Below, piece after piece: positions 8,241 to 17,190 of a stretch of DNA of 64,000 nt. How positions within the stretch are numbered: the stretch's first letter is position 1; every line of letters starts with the position of its first letter. This DNA comes from Spirochaetota bacterium (GTDB lineage: Bacteria > Spirochaetota > UBA4802 > UBA5550). The stretch spans positions 1,824,001 through 1,888,000 of the forward strand of contig CAXXHB010000003.1 of assembly GCA_963664815.2 (NCBI GenBank). Direction: 5' to 3'. The notes beneath the pieces are model-generated. The model had not been told where the DNA came from and ran no database searches. It worked only from the letters and a program-made list of their open reading frames with translations. The translations under genes and the position numbers were made by a program.

Positions 8241-9625
8241 TCCTGAAAACCCCCATTATTTTGAGAGCTGTCCGGATTGGCATTTTCACCGGTTTTTTCT
8301 CCCTCCGGTAGAGGTTTTGTTTCGAAACTGACAGGCTGTCCTTCCCATTCTTCAAACTCTTCCAGTTCATGAAAACGCATCTGTTTTACTTCTGAAGGTG
8401 AGATTACCCCCTTATCAATATAAATGCCGTCTCGCTGGCCTTCTTTGAGCTCGCGATCGGCCTTTTCTTTAGGATCTTCGGTCCATAAAGGATTGAATTC
8501 AGCTTCCCAGTCAAGTGATGATGTATTGCCATCCAGAGCATCATATATCGCGCCATTTCGTTCGGCGATTACAAGACCGATAAGCCAGTTAATTACACCC
8601 CTTACATCAGTCTCCTGAAACTTAGCAATACCATCATAATACCCGCGCAGATCAAACTGACCGGATGTGATTACACCCTGGCTCTGTCCCATAAGCCTGC
8701 TCTTTGGCATCCTGGACATGCCTGCCAGATTCTCCATGATAAAATCAAATGCCTCTTTGAGAAATCCTTTACCGGCTTCTGTGCCGATGATCCGCGTCAG
8801 CTCCTCGTCCTCAGCAATTCCCATGCAGCTCTGTGTTGACATAACTGCTTTCATGTTCAGGAGCGTTTCAGCTACCTTTGCAGGCGGCATTCCTTTAAAG
8901 TCCGGGGATTTGAATACCCATATTGCCATTTCATAAACAATAGTTGCCACTGACCATAAAGCCGAATCCTGTGCAATCACAGGATCAAGAATTGTGGCTA
9001 TCACGGAGATCCCTTTACGTTCCTCCGGCATATAGTTTCTTACCATATGCCAGAGCCTGGACTCATGTACATCGTTACCTGCAATGTAATATTTACGCTT
9101 GTGGTAATATTTTGAAAGCGGGTTCACCGCTGAGTCAGTAATCGAAACATAGTCCGGGCCGAAAACATTTATATAATCGATCTGATCAATTTCAGGCATA
9201 GGGTTGGCAAGTTCAGAATAAATCTGTGGTTTAGCAGATTTAATTCCAACATACATGAATCCGCCTTCCTGGTACATTCGTGAAAACCTTATCAGATCCT
9301 TTATCTTTCCCCTGGCTTTCAGATCATCAAGTCTGTTCATTATGAGCCTGGATATACCCAGACCTTCAAGTCCCTTTTCAATATCATCAGTATCACGGTT
9401 TGTTTTGATGGTAATCCATTCTCTGACAGCATCTTCCGCAGGAGCGTCAACGACTGTTTCAATAAAACCATTGGACATATAATACTGACGCATTGTGGGC
9501 GCAGAGAAACCTTTAGCATGAGGCTGTAGCCGTTCCAGTTTGTCTCTTGATGTACCGCGTCCGGTTTGAAATTCCGTCATGGAATCATATCTATTTTCTA
9601 GCGGTGTTGCTGATTTTTTTGTCAT
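8237..9625 (-). CDS. Phage portal protein (DUF1073/HI1409-like)
   Basis: VVDAPAEDAVREW, VHESRL, MPKSRLMGQS, D...YYD.I...QE and FNPLW motifs; follows the terminase. Confidence 0.85.
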   Translation of the reverse strand: MTKKSATPLENRYDSMTEFQTGRGTSRDKLERLQPHAKGFSAPTMRQYYMSNGFIETVVDAPAEDAVREWITIKTNRDTDDIEKGLEGLGISRLIMNRLDDLKARGKIKDLIRFSRMYQEGGFMYVGIKSAKPQIYSELANPMPEIDQIDYINVFGPDYVSITDSAVNPLSKYYHKRKYYIAGNDVHESRLWHMVRNYMPEERKGISVIATILDPVIAQDSALWSVATIVYEMAIWVFKSPDFKGMPPAKVAETLLNMKAVMSTQSCMGIAEDEELTRIIGTEAGKGFLKEAFDFIMENLAGMSRMPKSRLMGQSQGVITSGQFDLRGYYDGIAKFQETDVRGVINWLIGLVIAERNGAIYDALDGNTSSLDWEAEFNPLWTEDPKEKADRELKEGQRDGIYIDKGVISPSEVKQMRFHELEEFEEWEGQPVSFETKPLPEGEKTGENANPDSSQNNGGFQE

Positions 9626-11071
9626 TTAAAATCTCCTGAAGAAGTTGGCGAGGCCGCTGTAACGATCTGCAATTCTGGGCTTACCGAGTCCCAGCTGCTG
9701 GATAAGCCCGGCAAGGGAGTCAGCCGCATCTTTCTCTTTTGATAATTCTGTATATTTTAAAACCTTTTTCAAATACTCAGGTGTTACATTCTTCGAAAAA
9801 TAAATATTATGCCAGTTTTGTTTGACATAATTGATGATCCGGAAATGTTTATTCTTTATACTTTCAATTAGACCGATGTTCAATCCCCGTTTTTCAAGCT
9901 CATACTTCATAATTCGCTGAGCTTGGTTTGATTCAATCCAGAGTTTATTAAGTTTCTCCTGATCATAAATCCGCTCAAGAGTGTTATATGTTTTATCAAT
10001 CTCTCCTTTCCAGACATACCCGCCAGTGATAAAAGCTTTGGCTTCAGTTTCACTGATTATTTCAATTCCGCCGGTGGATAAAGCAACATCACAGTCTCCA
10101 CCAAAGGCTGGATCGGTATAGCCAATACGCGGCATTCGATCAGATGCTTCTCTAAAAACCGGATCATTAAAAATCCTATCTATAAGATCAACAGGTGTCT
10201 GCTGATAAAGAGCCTGAAATATTTTTTCACCAACTGATTCCCTTATATCCTGAACTTCCTCCAGAATATAAGCTTCAGGCCAGAGTGGTATCCCATTACT
10301 GTCAAGCATCGGTAATGAAAGAACATCCCATTTACCACCTTCTGATATAATCCCTTCCTGATCAATAAGCCTGCCGGCGAGGTCATTAGTAACCCATCTG
10401 GTCATTGGAATAATAATAGCAGCTCCGGGATAAAGTCTGGTACGTAAAACTGCCCTGTACCAGTCCCATATTTTGTTTTGTATAACTTCGGAGACAGCTT
10501 CAGAATAATCTTTAACTGGATCATCAATTACTGCAATATGGGCTCCATAACCTGTGATCCCTCCACGTGTTCCTGCCGCAATACATTTACCTCCTGCAGT
10601 TGTATGCCATTCACCAGCAGCTCGTTTATCTGATTTGATAACTGTTCCAGGAAATATCGCATGATACATTTCAGTTTCAAGGATATCTCTCACCCAACCA
10701 GTATACTCCTTTGCTTTATCATCGTTATAACTGGCTAATATAACCTCTCTTCGGGGATTTTTCCCAAACAGCCATGATATAAACATTTGAGATGTAGTAT
10801 AACTCTTGCTAAAACGGGGAGGCATATTGATTATAAGACGCTTTATTTCACCCCTTTCTACGGCTTCAAGTTTTGCTGCAATTTTCTGAATGTGCTCTGG
10901 TGAGACATATAATGGATCAATATATTTGGCATAGGCAAGGAGTTCATTTCTCCCAAAATTTTTTCCATAGAGTCTTCTATCAGATGGAAGAATCTTAGAG
11001 AACTTTTTTGTCCCTTCCTCAAGAATCGCTTCGAGTACAAATTGCATATTATCATGCATCAACATTTGCAT
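9626..11071 (-). CDS. terL: Terminase large subunit
   Basis: LIINMPPRFSKS Walker A, ITGYGA...IDDPVK Walker B, TRW...DLAGRL, ALYQQTP, DPA and D..DS nuclease residues. Confidence 0.9.
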   Translation of the reverse strand: MQMLMHDNMQFVLEAILEEGTKKFSKILPSDRRLYGKNFGRNELLAYAKYIDPLYVSPEHIQKIAAKLEAVERGEIKRLIINMPPRFSKSYTTSQMFISWLFGKNPRREVILASYNDDKAKEYTGWVRDILETEMYHAIFPGTVIKSDKRAAGEWHTTAGGKCIAAGTRGGITGYGAHIAVIDDPVKDYSEAVSEVIQNKIWDWYRAVLRTRLYPGAAIIIPMTRWVTNDLAGRLIDQEGIISEGGKWDVLSLPMLDSNGIPLWPEAYILEEVQDIRESVGEKIFQALYQQTPVDLIDRIFNDPVFREASDRMPRIGYTDPAFGGDCDVALSTGGIEIISETEAKAFITGGYVWKGEIDKTYNTLERIYDQEKLNKLWIESNQAQRIMKYELEKRGLNIGLIESIKNKHFRIINYVKQNWHNIYFSKNVTPEYLKKVLKYTELSKEKDAADSLAGLIQQLGLGKPRIADRYSGLANFFRRF

Positions 11072-11624
11072 TTATACTCTTTCTGTTTTCTAATTTTTCC
11101 GGATCTTCATGGAGTATTCTGATACGGATTTCTTTTTCAATATGCGACCAATGTTTTTTTATTATATTGCGTACTTCGGGTACCTCTGCGAAGATTTCGA
11201 GCATGATCTGTATTACAACTATAATACTTACATCCTCTTGTGACTTTTTATCCAGCTTAATCAGAAATTCAGATACGGCTTTCCATGCATATAAACCGCC
11301 CTCTGCTGAACCAACCTTCGGAGCATTTTCACCAGTGAGCTGTTCATATAACTTCTCCTGAAGGGTATCAGCTTTATCCCTTATTTTTACTACCCGAGCC
11401 TGTTCAGCAACCTCCACAGTCTGCTTTGCAACAGTTCTTGTTTCATTACGGTAATCAATCCAGGTTCCGCCACGGCTGTCTGTTTTTTCTGCCCAATTCT
11501 TTATTGTATTAGGAGTTATTGTTATGCCAAAATCTTTTGCCAGCATACGGGCTGTTTCTTCGTAAGTCGTTCCCTGGATAAATAAAGCATATGCTCTGAT
11601 TTTTATAAAGTCCTGGTAAGCCAT
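11052..11624 (-). CDS. Putative terminase small subunit (DUF1804-like HTH)
   Basis: N-terminal HTH (YEETARML...PNTIKNW...W); directly upstream of terL; ATG at 11624 overlaps the upstream TAA. Confidence 0.65.
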   Translation of the reverse strand: MAYQDFIKIRAYALFIQGTTYEETARMLAKDFGITITPNTIKNWAEKTDSRGGTWIDYRNETRTVAKQTVEVAEQARVVKIRDKADTLQEKLYEQLTGENAPKVGSAEGGLYAWKAVSEFLIKLDKKSQEDVSIIVVIQIMLEIFAEVPEVRNIIKKHWSHIEKEIRIRILHEDPEKLENRKSINANVDA

Positions 11625-12019
11625 TATTTCAATGACCTCCATATATTGAAGGCAAACTGTGAAATGGAAAAAGCCGCTGCAGCGATTGATGTGTAAATAG
11701 CGAGTTTTAAAGCAAGAAGCTTCTTGTCCATCCTCTGGTTTATATTGGCCTGCAGGGAATGAATTTTATCAGAGCATGATATCTCTACTCTTTTGGTTTC
11801 AGTGTCAACCTTGGTGTTTGAGCGATCAACTTCTTTATTGAGGTTTTTATATGACTCTTCCAGTCTTATAATTCGCTCCGAATTTTTGCTGGCTTCGTGT
11901 CTCAGACACCGAATTTCATCTTCAATAACATCAACTTTCTTTTCAATGCCGTCAAATCTTGCATTAAGGTTGCTTAAACCTATAAGCACCTGGTCTATTT
12001 TATCAATTATTTCACTCAT
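11624..12019 (-). CDS. Coiled-coil protein with C-terminal transmembrane helix
   Basis: Heptad repeats plus hydrophobic LALKLAIYTSIAAAAFSISQF; start re-assigned to MSEIIDK. Confidence 0.6.
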   Translation of the reverse strand: MSEIIDKIDQVLIGLSNLNARFDGIEKKVDVIEDEIRCLRHEASKNSERIIRLEESYKNLNKEVDRSNTKVDTETKRVEISCSDKIHSLQANINQRMDKKLLALKLAIYTSIAAAAFSISQFAFNIWRSLK

Positions 12020-12047
12020 TCCCGGCTCCGCAATTGATTCTATGCGG

Positions 12048-12120
12048 AATGTATTGGAATAAACTGATGTGCGCAAGAGGCAAGTGACTGCAACTGAGTT
12101 AAATCACTATTAACTGGCGT
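12048..12120 (-). promoter_or_regulatory. Putative late promoter and activator box (terminase operon)
   Basis: TTGCGC-17-TACATT; CAGTCACTTGCCTCTTGC box shared with 6013-6030. Confidence 0.55.
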
Positions 12121-12131
12121 TAAAAAATATT

Positions 12132-12347
12132 TTATTCGAGGTAATTACAGGCTGGAGTATATGACTTATCCCGGAAATCACGAAGATCTTTAACACGGTA
12201 AAGTACTTTACGGCGAGAATATTTGAAAAAAGGAATTTTACCATCCTCCCTGTATCTTACAATTGTACTGTCAGACACATTGAGGATTGCCGCCGCTTCG
12301 CGGAGTGTGACCAACTCATCATCGCGGTATTTTGTGGTATCAATCAT
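12132..12347 (-). CDS. HTH_17 (excisionase/MerR-like) DNA-binding protein
   Basis: LVTLREAAAILNVSDSTIVRYREDGKIP...KVLYR..DL. Confidence 0.85.
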   Translation of the reverse strand: MIDTTKYRDDELVTLREAAAILNVSDSTIVRYREDGKIPFFKYSRRKVLYRVKDLRDFRDKSYTPACNYLE

Positions 12348-12387
12348 ACCCCGATAATAAATGGTACATAATACGGTGTCAAGTAAT

Positions 12388-12819
12388 TTACCAGCAAACG
12401 CCGGCAGAGGCTTTAATTCCTATAAAATCAGTTGAGGCATCAGCTCCTCCACCGATTGAAAATCTGCCAAACCTGTATAAATACATAACACCAATGTATG
12501 GATCGATACCAGAAGAATCAAATTTATATCCATATGACAGGGTGATAGAATGAACCCTATTAATCCAGTCGTTTGCTTCAGGAATGAGAGTTTTCGGGAT
12601 CTCCGTCGCAGCTTCACCTTTACCCTCAGCTATAGTTTTGAATTTTAAACTCTTCCCTGAAAAATCAAATGAATTATGAGTAATCTTCTCTCCGCTGATC
12701 TGTGTTGTTTTGACTTCGTCTGTTGATGTTCCTGGCTGTTGAAGAAAAAAGTATGCAATTACTGAACCTGTGAAGGCTCCTGTTAAAAATGCAGCTATAA
12801 ATAATCTGATTGTTTTCAT
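12388..12819 (-). CDS. Membrane-anchored phage protein with beta-rich C-terminus ending in Trp
   Basis: N-terminal TM segment; amphipathic beta strands. Confidence 0.55.
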   Translation of the reverse strand: MKTIRLFIAAFLTGAFTGSVIAYFFLQQPGTSTDEVKTTQISGEKITHNSFDFSGKSLKFKTIAEGKGEAATEIPKTLIPEANDWINRVHSITLSYGYKFDSSGIDPYIGVMYLYRFGRFSIGGGADASTDFIGIKASAGVCW

Positions 12820-12907
12820 GAGTTTATTAAATGATGTTTTTTGAAAGAGGGCAAGGGCTATCTGGGATAAAGAGAATTAAACTGAAGTTTATTAGTAATA
12901 AAAAATT

Positions 12908-14062
12908 TTAAAAATTATCCTTTTTTCTCCTGATTTCCATTATATCATAAATTTCTTTTTTATGCAGCATGTTTTCCGGAAGGCATGCTATCTCCTGAAT
13001 ATCAATAGGAAAATAGCATAATTGATGCAGTAGTTCATCAACGGAAAGGACTTCATTTAAAATTAATTTGAAGGCTTTATATAAAAAAAGAGGTTTTTCT
13101 GTTTCAATTATATCATCTAAAGGTTCTTCCATTCTCCAATGTCTTTTGCTAATGTTTATAAACAGATTTGTCTTTTGATGTTCGGTAATAATTCCAAGCT
13201 GTTCACATCGCATTATCATTGCCTGAATTGAAACCTTCCATCTCTTTTTCAAATCAACAAAATTATCAAGTGTCGGCCATTTGACTTCTATTGGAAAAGT
13301 CGATTCCGGTAATAAAAATGAAGATGCAAATCTGTTTACCTGATTTTCTTGTATTTTAAATTTTGTTGAATTAGTCAGATCATTTTTATCGACATTACTA
13401 TGAAAAAGGAGATGCCCTAGCTCATGCGCCGCATTGAAACGCATTCTGACTGCTTTGATATCCGATTTATCAAAATTGAGAATAATAAATGGTCTACCGG
13501 TTATGTCATCCCACTCGGAAAAGGCATTCAATCCTTCAGCGTCCATCTGGAAACCTGTCATAATCACACCTTTGTTTTCAAGAAGCTGTGTAATGTTGCT
13601 TATCGGTCCATAATTAAGGTTCCAGAGTTTACGTACCTGGTTGGCGAATGAATCAATATCATTTTCTGTCAATTTATAGGGATCTTTTATCTCAAAGTCC
13701 GGAAAAGAGAGATAAACGGGATCTATATATTGTTCTAAAAATGCAAAAATTTCTTTTAATACAATATATCTTCCTCGAGCTGAGGTTCGCTGAATTTTTG
13801 TTGTATAACTCATCGACCTATAAAAAACAGGGCTGCTGTTTTCAGCTATACTATTTCTTAAAAAGAACTCTTTAGGAAAATTTAATTTATCTGCTATCTT
13901 ATTGAAAGTTTCGGGAGCTGGAGTTTTTTCTCCACTCATATACAATGATATCATCTGCCTTGAGATTTCTATCATACCCTGAAGACCGGCAATATTAACT
14001 CCTCGGATGTCACATGCCAGCTTTAATCTCTCCCCGTTAAAGCCGGGTGTACCTTGCTTCAC
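12908..14062 (-). CDS. XRE-HTH + ImmA/IrrE Zn-metallopeptidase (RmrA-like antitoxin)
   Basis: GFNGERLK...RG HTH; RMRFNAAHELGHLLFH; E.Q.NRFASSFLLP; LKKRWKVSIQAM. Confidence 0.85.
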   Translation of the reverse strand: MKQGTPGFNGERLKLACDIRGVNIAGLQGMIEISRQMISLYMSGEKTPAPETFNKIADKLNFPKEFFLRNSIAENSSPVFYRSMSYTTKIQRTSARGRYIVLKEIFAFLEQYIDPVYLSFPDFEIKDPYKLTENDIDSFANQVRKLWNLNYGPISNITQLLENKGVIMTGFQMDAEGLNAFSEWDDITGRPFIILNFDKSDIKAVRMRFNAAHELGHLLFHSNVDKNDLTNSTKFKIQENQVNRFASSFLLPESTFPIEVKWPTLDNFVDLKKRWKVSIQAMIMRCEQLGIITEHQKTNLFINISKRHWRMEEPLDDIIETEKPLFLYKAFKLILNEVLSVDELLHQLCYFPIDIQEIACLPENMLHKKEIYDIMEIRRKKDNF

Positions 14063-14754
14063 TTCGCTTCCTCCTTCATCGCAATTTTCAGCATCGGCAT
14101 CGCTTCATCCCGAATCTCGGTAACAACAGGTTCGACAGGTTTTATTATGTTGATTGAATTACAATAAACATCCAGATTTATATTCTCTATATAAACATTG
14201 AAAGAAGGATCAGGAAATGCTATATTGGAAAATGACCTTTCTTCTTTTGAAAAAACAGAAGCTCTGTTGTGAGTAAGTATACCATATATCTTATCCTTTG
14301 TGCCATCTGATTTCATAGCATCAGCAGGGAAGAGATAGGGGGTTGAATCGTCATAATATATAGAATTTCCACGTGCAAGAGAGCACCTGAATTTCGATAG
14401 TTCAACCATACTCCCTGGTGATGCGATGGCTTTCTGAGTCAATATAATACTATCGGTTCGAAGGATCGTAAAGTTATACCCCTGTTCAGTGCGAGCATCC
14501 TCAATAATAAAACAGGAATATCTTCTGGCAATCTGTTTCAGGTTCTGGTCTGCATATGCATTGTATTCATAGGACAAAACATTCTTTGCCTGTGGATACT
14601 CAAAATTTCCATTTGCAATATTAGTTACGGCAAGGTTATATGCATGCTGCAGGCTGTTTTTCCACTCAATAAGAAATTCAACGGGTATTTCCAGATTTAT
14701 TATATCTTGTATCTTTCTCATAAGCCATCCTTTTACATTAAAAGTCAATGTCAA
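14059..14754 (-). CDS. Partner of the HTH-peptidase (RmrT-like putative toxin)
   Basis: 4-nt overlap with the peptidase gene; SKFRCSLARGN...YGILTH...IAFPD pattern; the true start may be MRKIQ. Confidence 0.55.
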   Translation of the reverse strand: MTLTFNVKGWLMRKIQDIINLEIPVEFLIEWKNSLQHAYNLAVTNIANGNFEYPQAKNVLSYEYNAYADQNLKQIARRYSCFIIEDARTEQGYNFTILRTDSIILTQKAIASPGSMVELSKFRCSLARGNSIYYDDSTPYLFPADAMKSDGTKDKIYGILTHNRASVFSKEERSFSNIAFPDPSFNVYIENINLDVYCNSINIIKPVEPVVTEIRDEAMPMLKIAMKEEAK

Positions 14755-14978
14755 ACAATGGCAATATTATCATGAAAATGTCAATCAAAAATATTATGTC
14801 TCAAAAAAATGTGTTTCTTTATTACTTCCTACAAAGGGAGCTCCCGCTCCCCATTCTTATAACCAGTTTAAAATACACACTCATTCATCAAAGGAAGAAT
14901 GTTTTGCCCATTACATACACCTGTTATTGTAATATCTTTTCCCGCTTTTAACTCTGAAGCTTTTTAAACATCTTAAAA

Positions 14979-15530
14979 TTAAATCTTTTCTTCCTGAACT
15001 TTACTCTCCCACTTATTTTTTTCATAATAATCAAGTGTACTAAAACCATTTGGTTTTCTGTAGGTATAAAATGCTCGAATATGTTTCATTTTTCCTTCTT
15101 CTAATCCATACCCTGCTCCAAAAGGATTTTGTGGAAATGCAGCATTTATTTCATTATCAAAAATAACCAAATAATACGTACCATTTGAAGAGAAGTTATC
15201 TTTTTTATATTTACAAAATTCCTTTAGTTTATTTAAATCAATTTGCTCGGAATAATAATATAAATCCATTGTATCATTCCACGCTCCAGTTTGCTGATCC
15301 TGGGTTTTAACAAACTTATAAGGGTATTTGTTATCATCAACTTTTGAGGGTGAACCGGAATCGAATGCGGCTATAAGAAAAAATGATATTATTGCAGATG
15401 TTCCAAAATATTTAAAGACTTCCTTCCTATCTTTTTTTTCTCCCCACCTAATAATCAATTCTGGCTTAATAAGACCTGTAATTAATAATGCAATAGAAAT
15501 GAAAAGTAATAATCCAAAGAAATCAGCCAT
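14979..15530 (-). CDS. Membrane protein, 2 TM plus extracytoplasmic domain (prophage moron)
   Basis: Two hydrophobic helices around GLIKPEL; AGGAG RBS; low GC. Confidence 0.65.
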   Translation of the reverse strand: MADFFGLLLFISIALLITGLIKPELIIRWGEKKDRKEVFKYFGTSAIISFFLIAAFDSGSPSKVDDNKYPYKFVKTQDQQTGAWNDTMDLYYYSEQIDLNKLKEFCKYKKDNFSSNGTYYLVIFDNEINAAFPQNPFGAGYGLEEGKMKHIRAFYTYRKPNGFSTLDYYEKNKWESKVQEEKI

Positions 15531-15592
15531 GGTTATTCTCCTTAAATTCAGATATTTATAATCATATTCAGGGTTTCTTTTAATAAAAGTTG

Positions 15593-15763
15593 TTAATGAC
15601 TTTTGTATATATTTACGTTAAAAATCACATCGCCGGCATTGTTGTTTCTTATCTTAATTTCTAAATCTTTTATGGAATCAATACCCGATTCCTCTTTACC
15701 GGATTTTACAGATTCAATGATCTGGTTCATATCTTTTATGATACTGAATTTTTCTCTTTCCAT
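15593..15763 (-). CDS. Small 56-aa protein downstream of the repressor (not in ORF track)
   Basis: MEREKFSIIKDMNQIIESVKSGKEE...NVNIYKSH; starts 7 nt after the repressor stop. Confidence 0.55.
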   Translation of the reverse strand: MEREKFSIIKDMNQIIESVKSGKEESGIDSIKDLEIKIRNNNAGDVIFNVNIYKSH

Positions 15764-15770
15764 AAATTCC

Positions 15771-16214
15771 CTATGAAAAATTTTTTAGCAGGACAACGTC
15801 CTCTTGGATCTCTCTGTCTATTGTACCTCCTTCAATATCTTCATGATTATGTTTTTTATATAAATACAATATAAGCTTTGCCAGTTTATCCGGAGGCATC
15901 TCCAGTCTTTCAGCATGGAGCATACGGACAACGATGGTTATAATAGATTCCATAAGTTCAGCATCGAAATCTTCTTCATATTTGAAGTTATCAGGTTTAT
16001 TGCTAATAAACATTTCTCCTTTGCCATAGAGTAGCCAGTCTGAAGATATTCCATGCACAGCTTGAATTGCCAATGCCACCTGTTTATCAATTTTGTGTAT
16101 ACCCTTGAGTTGCCTACTTAAGGTTGCTTGAGTTGTTCCAATACTTTCAGAAAACTCATTCTGCTTAAGTTTCAGCGTCTTAAGTATTATTGATAATCTT
16201 TCATTAGATTCCAT
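15771..16214 (-). CDS. Prophage repressor (XRE HTH)
   Basis: ERL...LKQNEFSESIGTTQATLSRQLKG...ISSDWLLYGKGEMF; divergent from the early operon. Confidence 0.85.
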   Translation of the reverse strand: MESNERLSIILKTLKLKQNEFSESIGTTQATLSRQLKGIHKIDKQVALAIQAVHGISSDWLLYGKGEMFISNKPDNFKYEEDFDAELMESIITIVVRMLHAERLEMPPDKLAKLILYLYKKHNHEDIEGGTIDREIQEDVVLLKNFS

Positions 16215-16229
16215 GAAACCTCAAAAAAA

Positions 16230-16279
16230 TTGCGTAACGTATAAATATTATTTGACAAATATACGTTTCGTATTATGTT
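16230..16279 (+). promoter_or_regulatory. Early promoter with two palindromic operators
   Basis: TTGACA (16252)-16-TATGTT; perfect palindrome ATACG-TTT-CGTAT (16261-16273) between -35 and -10; variant TTGCG-TAA-CGTAT (16230-16242). Confidence 0.65.
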
Positions 16280-16437
16280 GTTATTGTTGCTGTTCTTTGA
16301 GGGTCAGATTTGACCCTCGTATTAAAATAGCAACAATACAATATTATGTCTCTAATTGTCGTTAGTGCGACAGTTACAACACTAAATTAATATATGTTAG
16401 GATAATTTGCAACATAAAAATTAATATGGAGGTAGAT

Positions 16438-16695
16438 ATGAAGTGGTTAAAAAACATGAAGAAATTGAACTTCCGGTTCAACGGCTTTTCCAGGCATAAC
16501 TTTTACCTGGCGGAGTTTTCCCGCAGCATCTATTCAAGTTTTTCAATAAGCATCATCAATCCAGTAAGATGCATAGGCATTCTTGCATTTACCCGTCATC
16601 CAGGCGAGGACGCTGCATTTATCATTCTCAATATTGAATTCTACCGGGATATGGAGAACACATTCTTTTCAAAATTCACACACAGAGAGAAATGA
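16438..16695 (+). CDS. Hypothetical early protein
   Basis: GGAGG RBS before the ATG at 16438; stop overlaps the next ATG. Confidence 0.4.
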   Translation: MKWLKNMKKLNFRFNGFSRHNFYLAEFSRSIYSSFSISIINPVRCIGILAFTRHPGEDAAFIILNIEFYRDMENTFFSKFTHREK

Positions 16696-16841
16696 TGGAT
16701 AAGCAAGAACTGGAAAAACTCAAAAAGAGGCTGGATGACATAAAGAAGATTAAGCCGGCAACCATTGATGAAGCTGCTTATCTTTTCGCGGAAGTAAATG
16801 GCATTCATCAAAAGTTGAAAGCCGAGCAAAGAACATATTAA
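16692..16841 (+). CDS. Small 49-aa helical early protein (not in ORF track)
   Basis: MMDKQELEKLKKRLDDIKK...EQRTY; ATGA-coupled to the upstream ORF. Confidence 0.5.
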   Translation: MMDKQELEKLKKRLDDIKKIKPATIDEAAYLFAEVNGIHQKLKAEQRTY

Positions 16842-16870
16842 AAGTCAATAAATTTTAAAGGAGGCATAAA

Positions 16871-17179
16871 TTGAACCAAACATTAGCAAAAGCGGAAGGG
16901 TTTCTAAATGAAGCCCACAAAATCACATGGAGAGATATCCATGTAACAGACAGGGAGATGCTTCGAGTTGCCCTGATTAAAAAGCATGGCTCCCTCACAG
17001 TGGCTGCAGAAGCACTGGAGCTGCCTTATCCCAGGTTGAGTGCTGCAATTTGCGGAAGAGAATCTCTTCTTTATGTAGTTGCTACATTACAATCTGATCT
17101 TGGTTTGTCAGATGACCAGGTATTAAATCTCTGGCCGCTGCTGAAAAAGTGGCCCAGAAAATCCAGAGTTGCAAGTTAG
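16871..17179 (+). CDS. Ner/Cro-like HTH regulator
   Basis: LIKKHGSLTVAAEALELPYPRLSAAICG HTH; GGAGG RBS with TTG start; opposite the repressor. Confidence 0.7.
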   Translation: MNQTLAKAEGFLNEAHKITWRDIHVTDREMLRVALIKKHGSLTVAAEALELPYPRLSAAICGRESLLYVVATLQSDLGLSDDQVLNLWPLLKKWPRKSRVAS

Positions 17180-17190
17180 CAGGTGCTTCA

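Noticed and set aside
8237-9625. Anti-CBASS Acb1 annotation often attached to DUF1073 proteins
   Set aside because: No clear paired HxT 2H-phosphoesterase domain is seen; size and position fit a plain portal.
12132-12347. Excisionase implying site-specific integration
   Set aside because: No tyrosine or serine integrase in the window, and the element has a DDE transposase.
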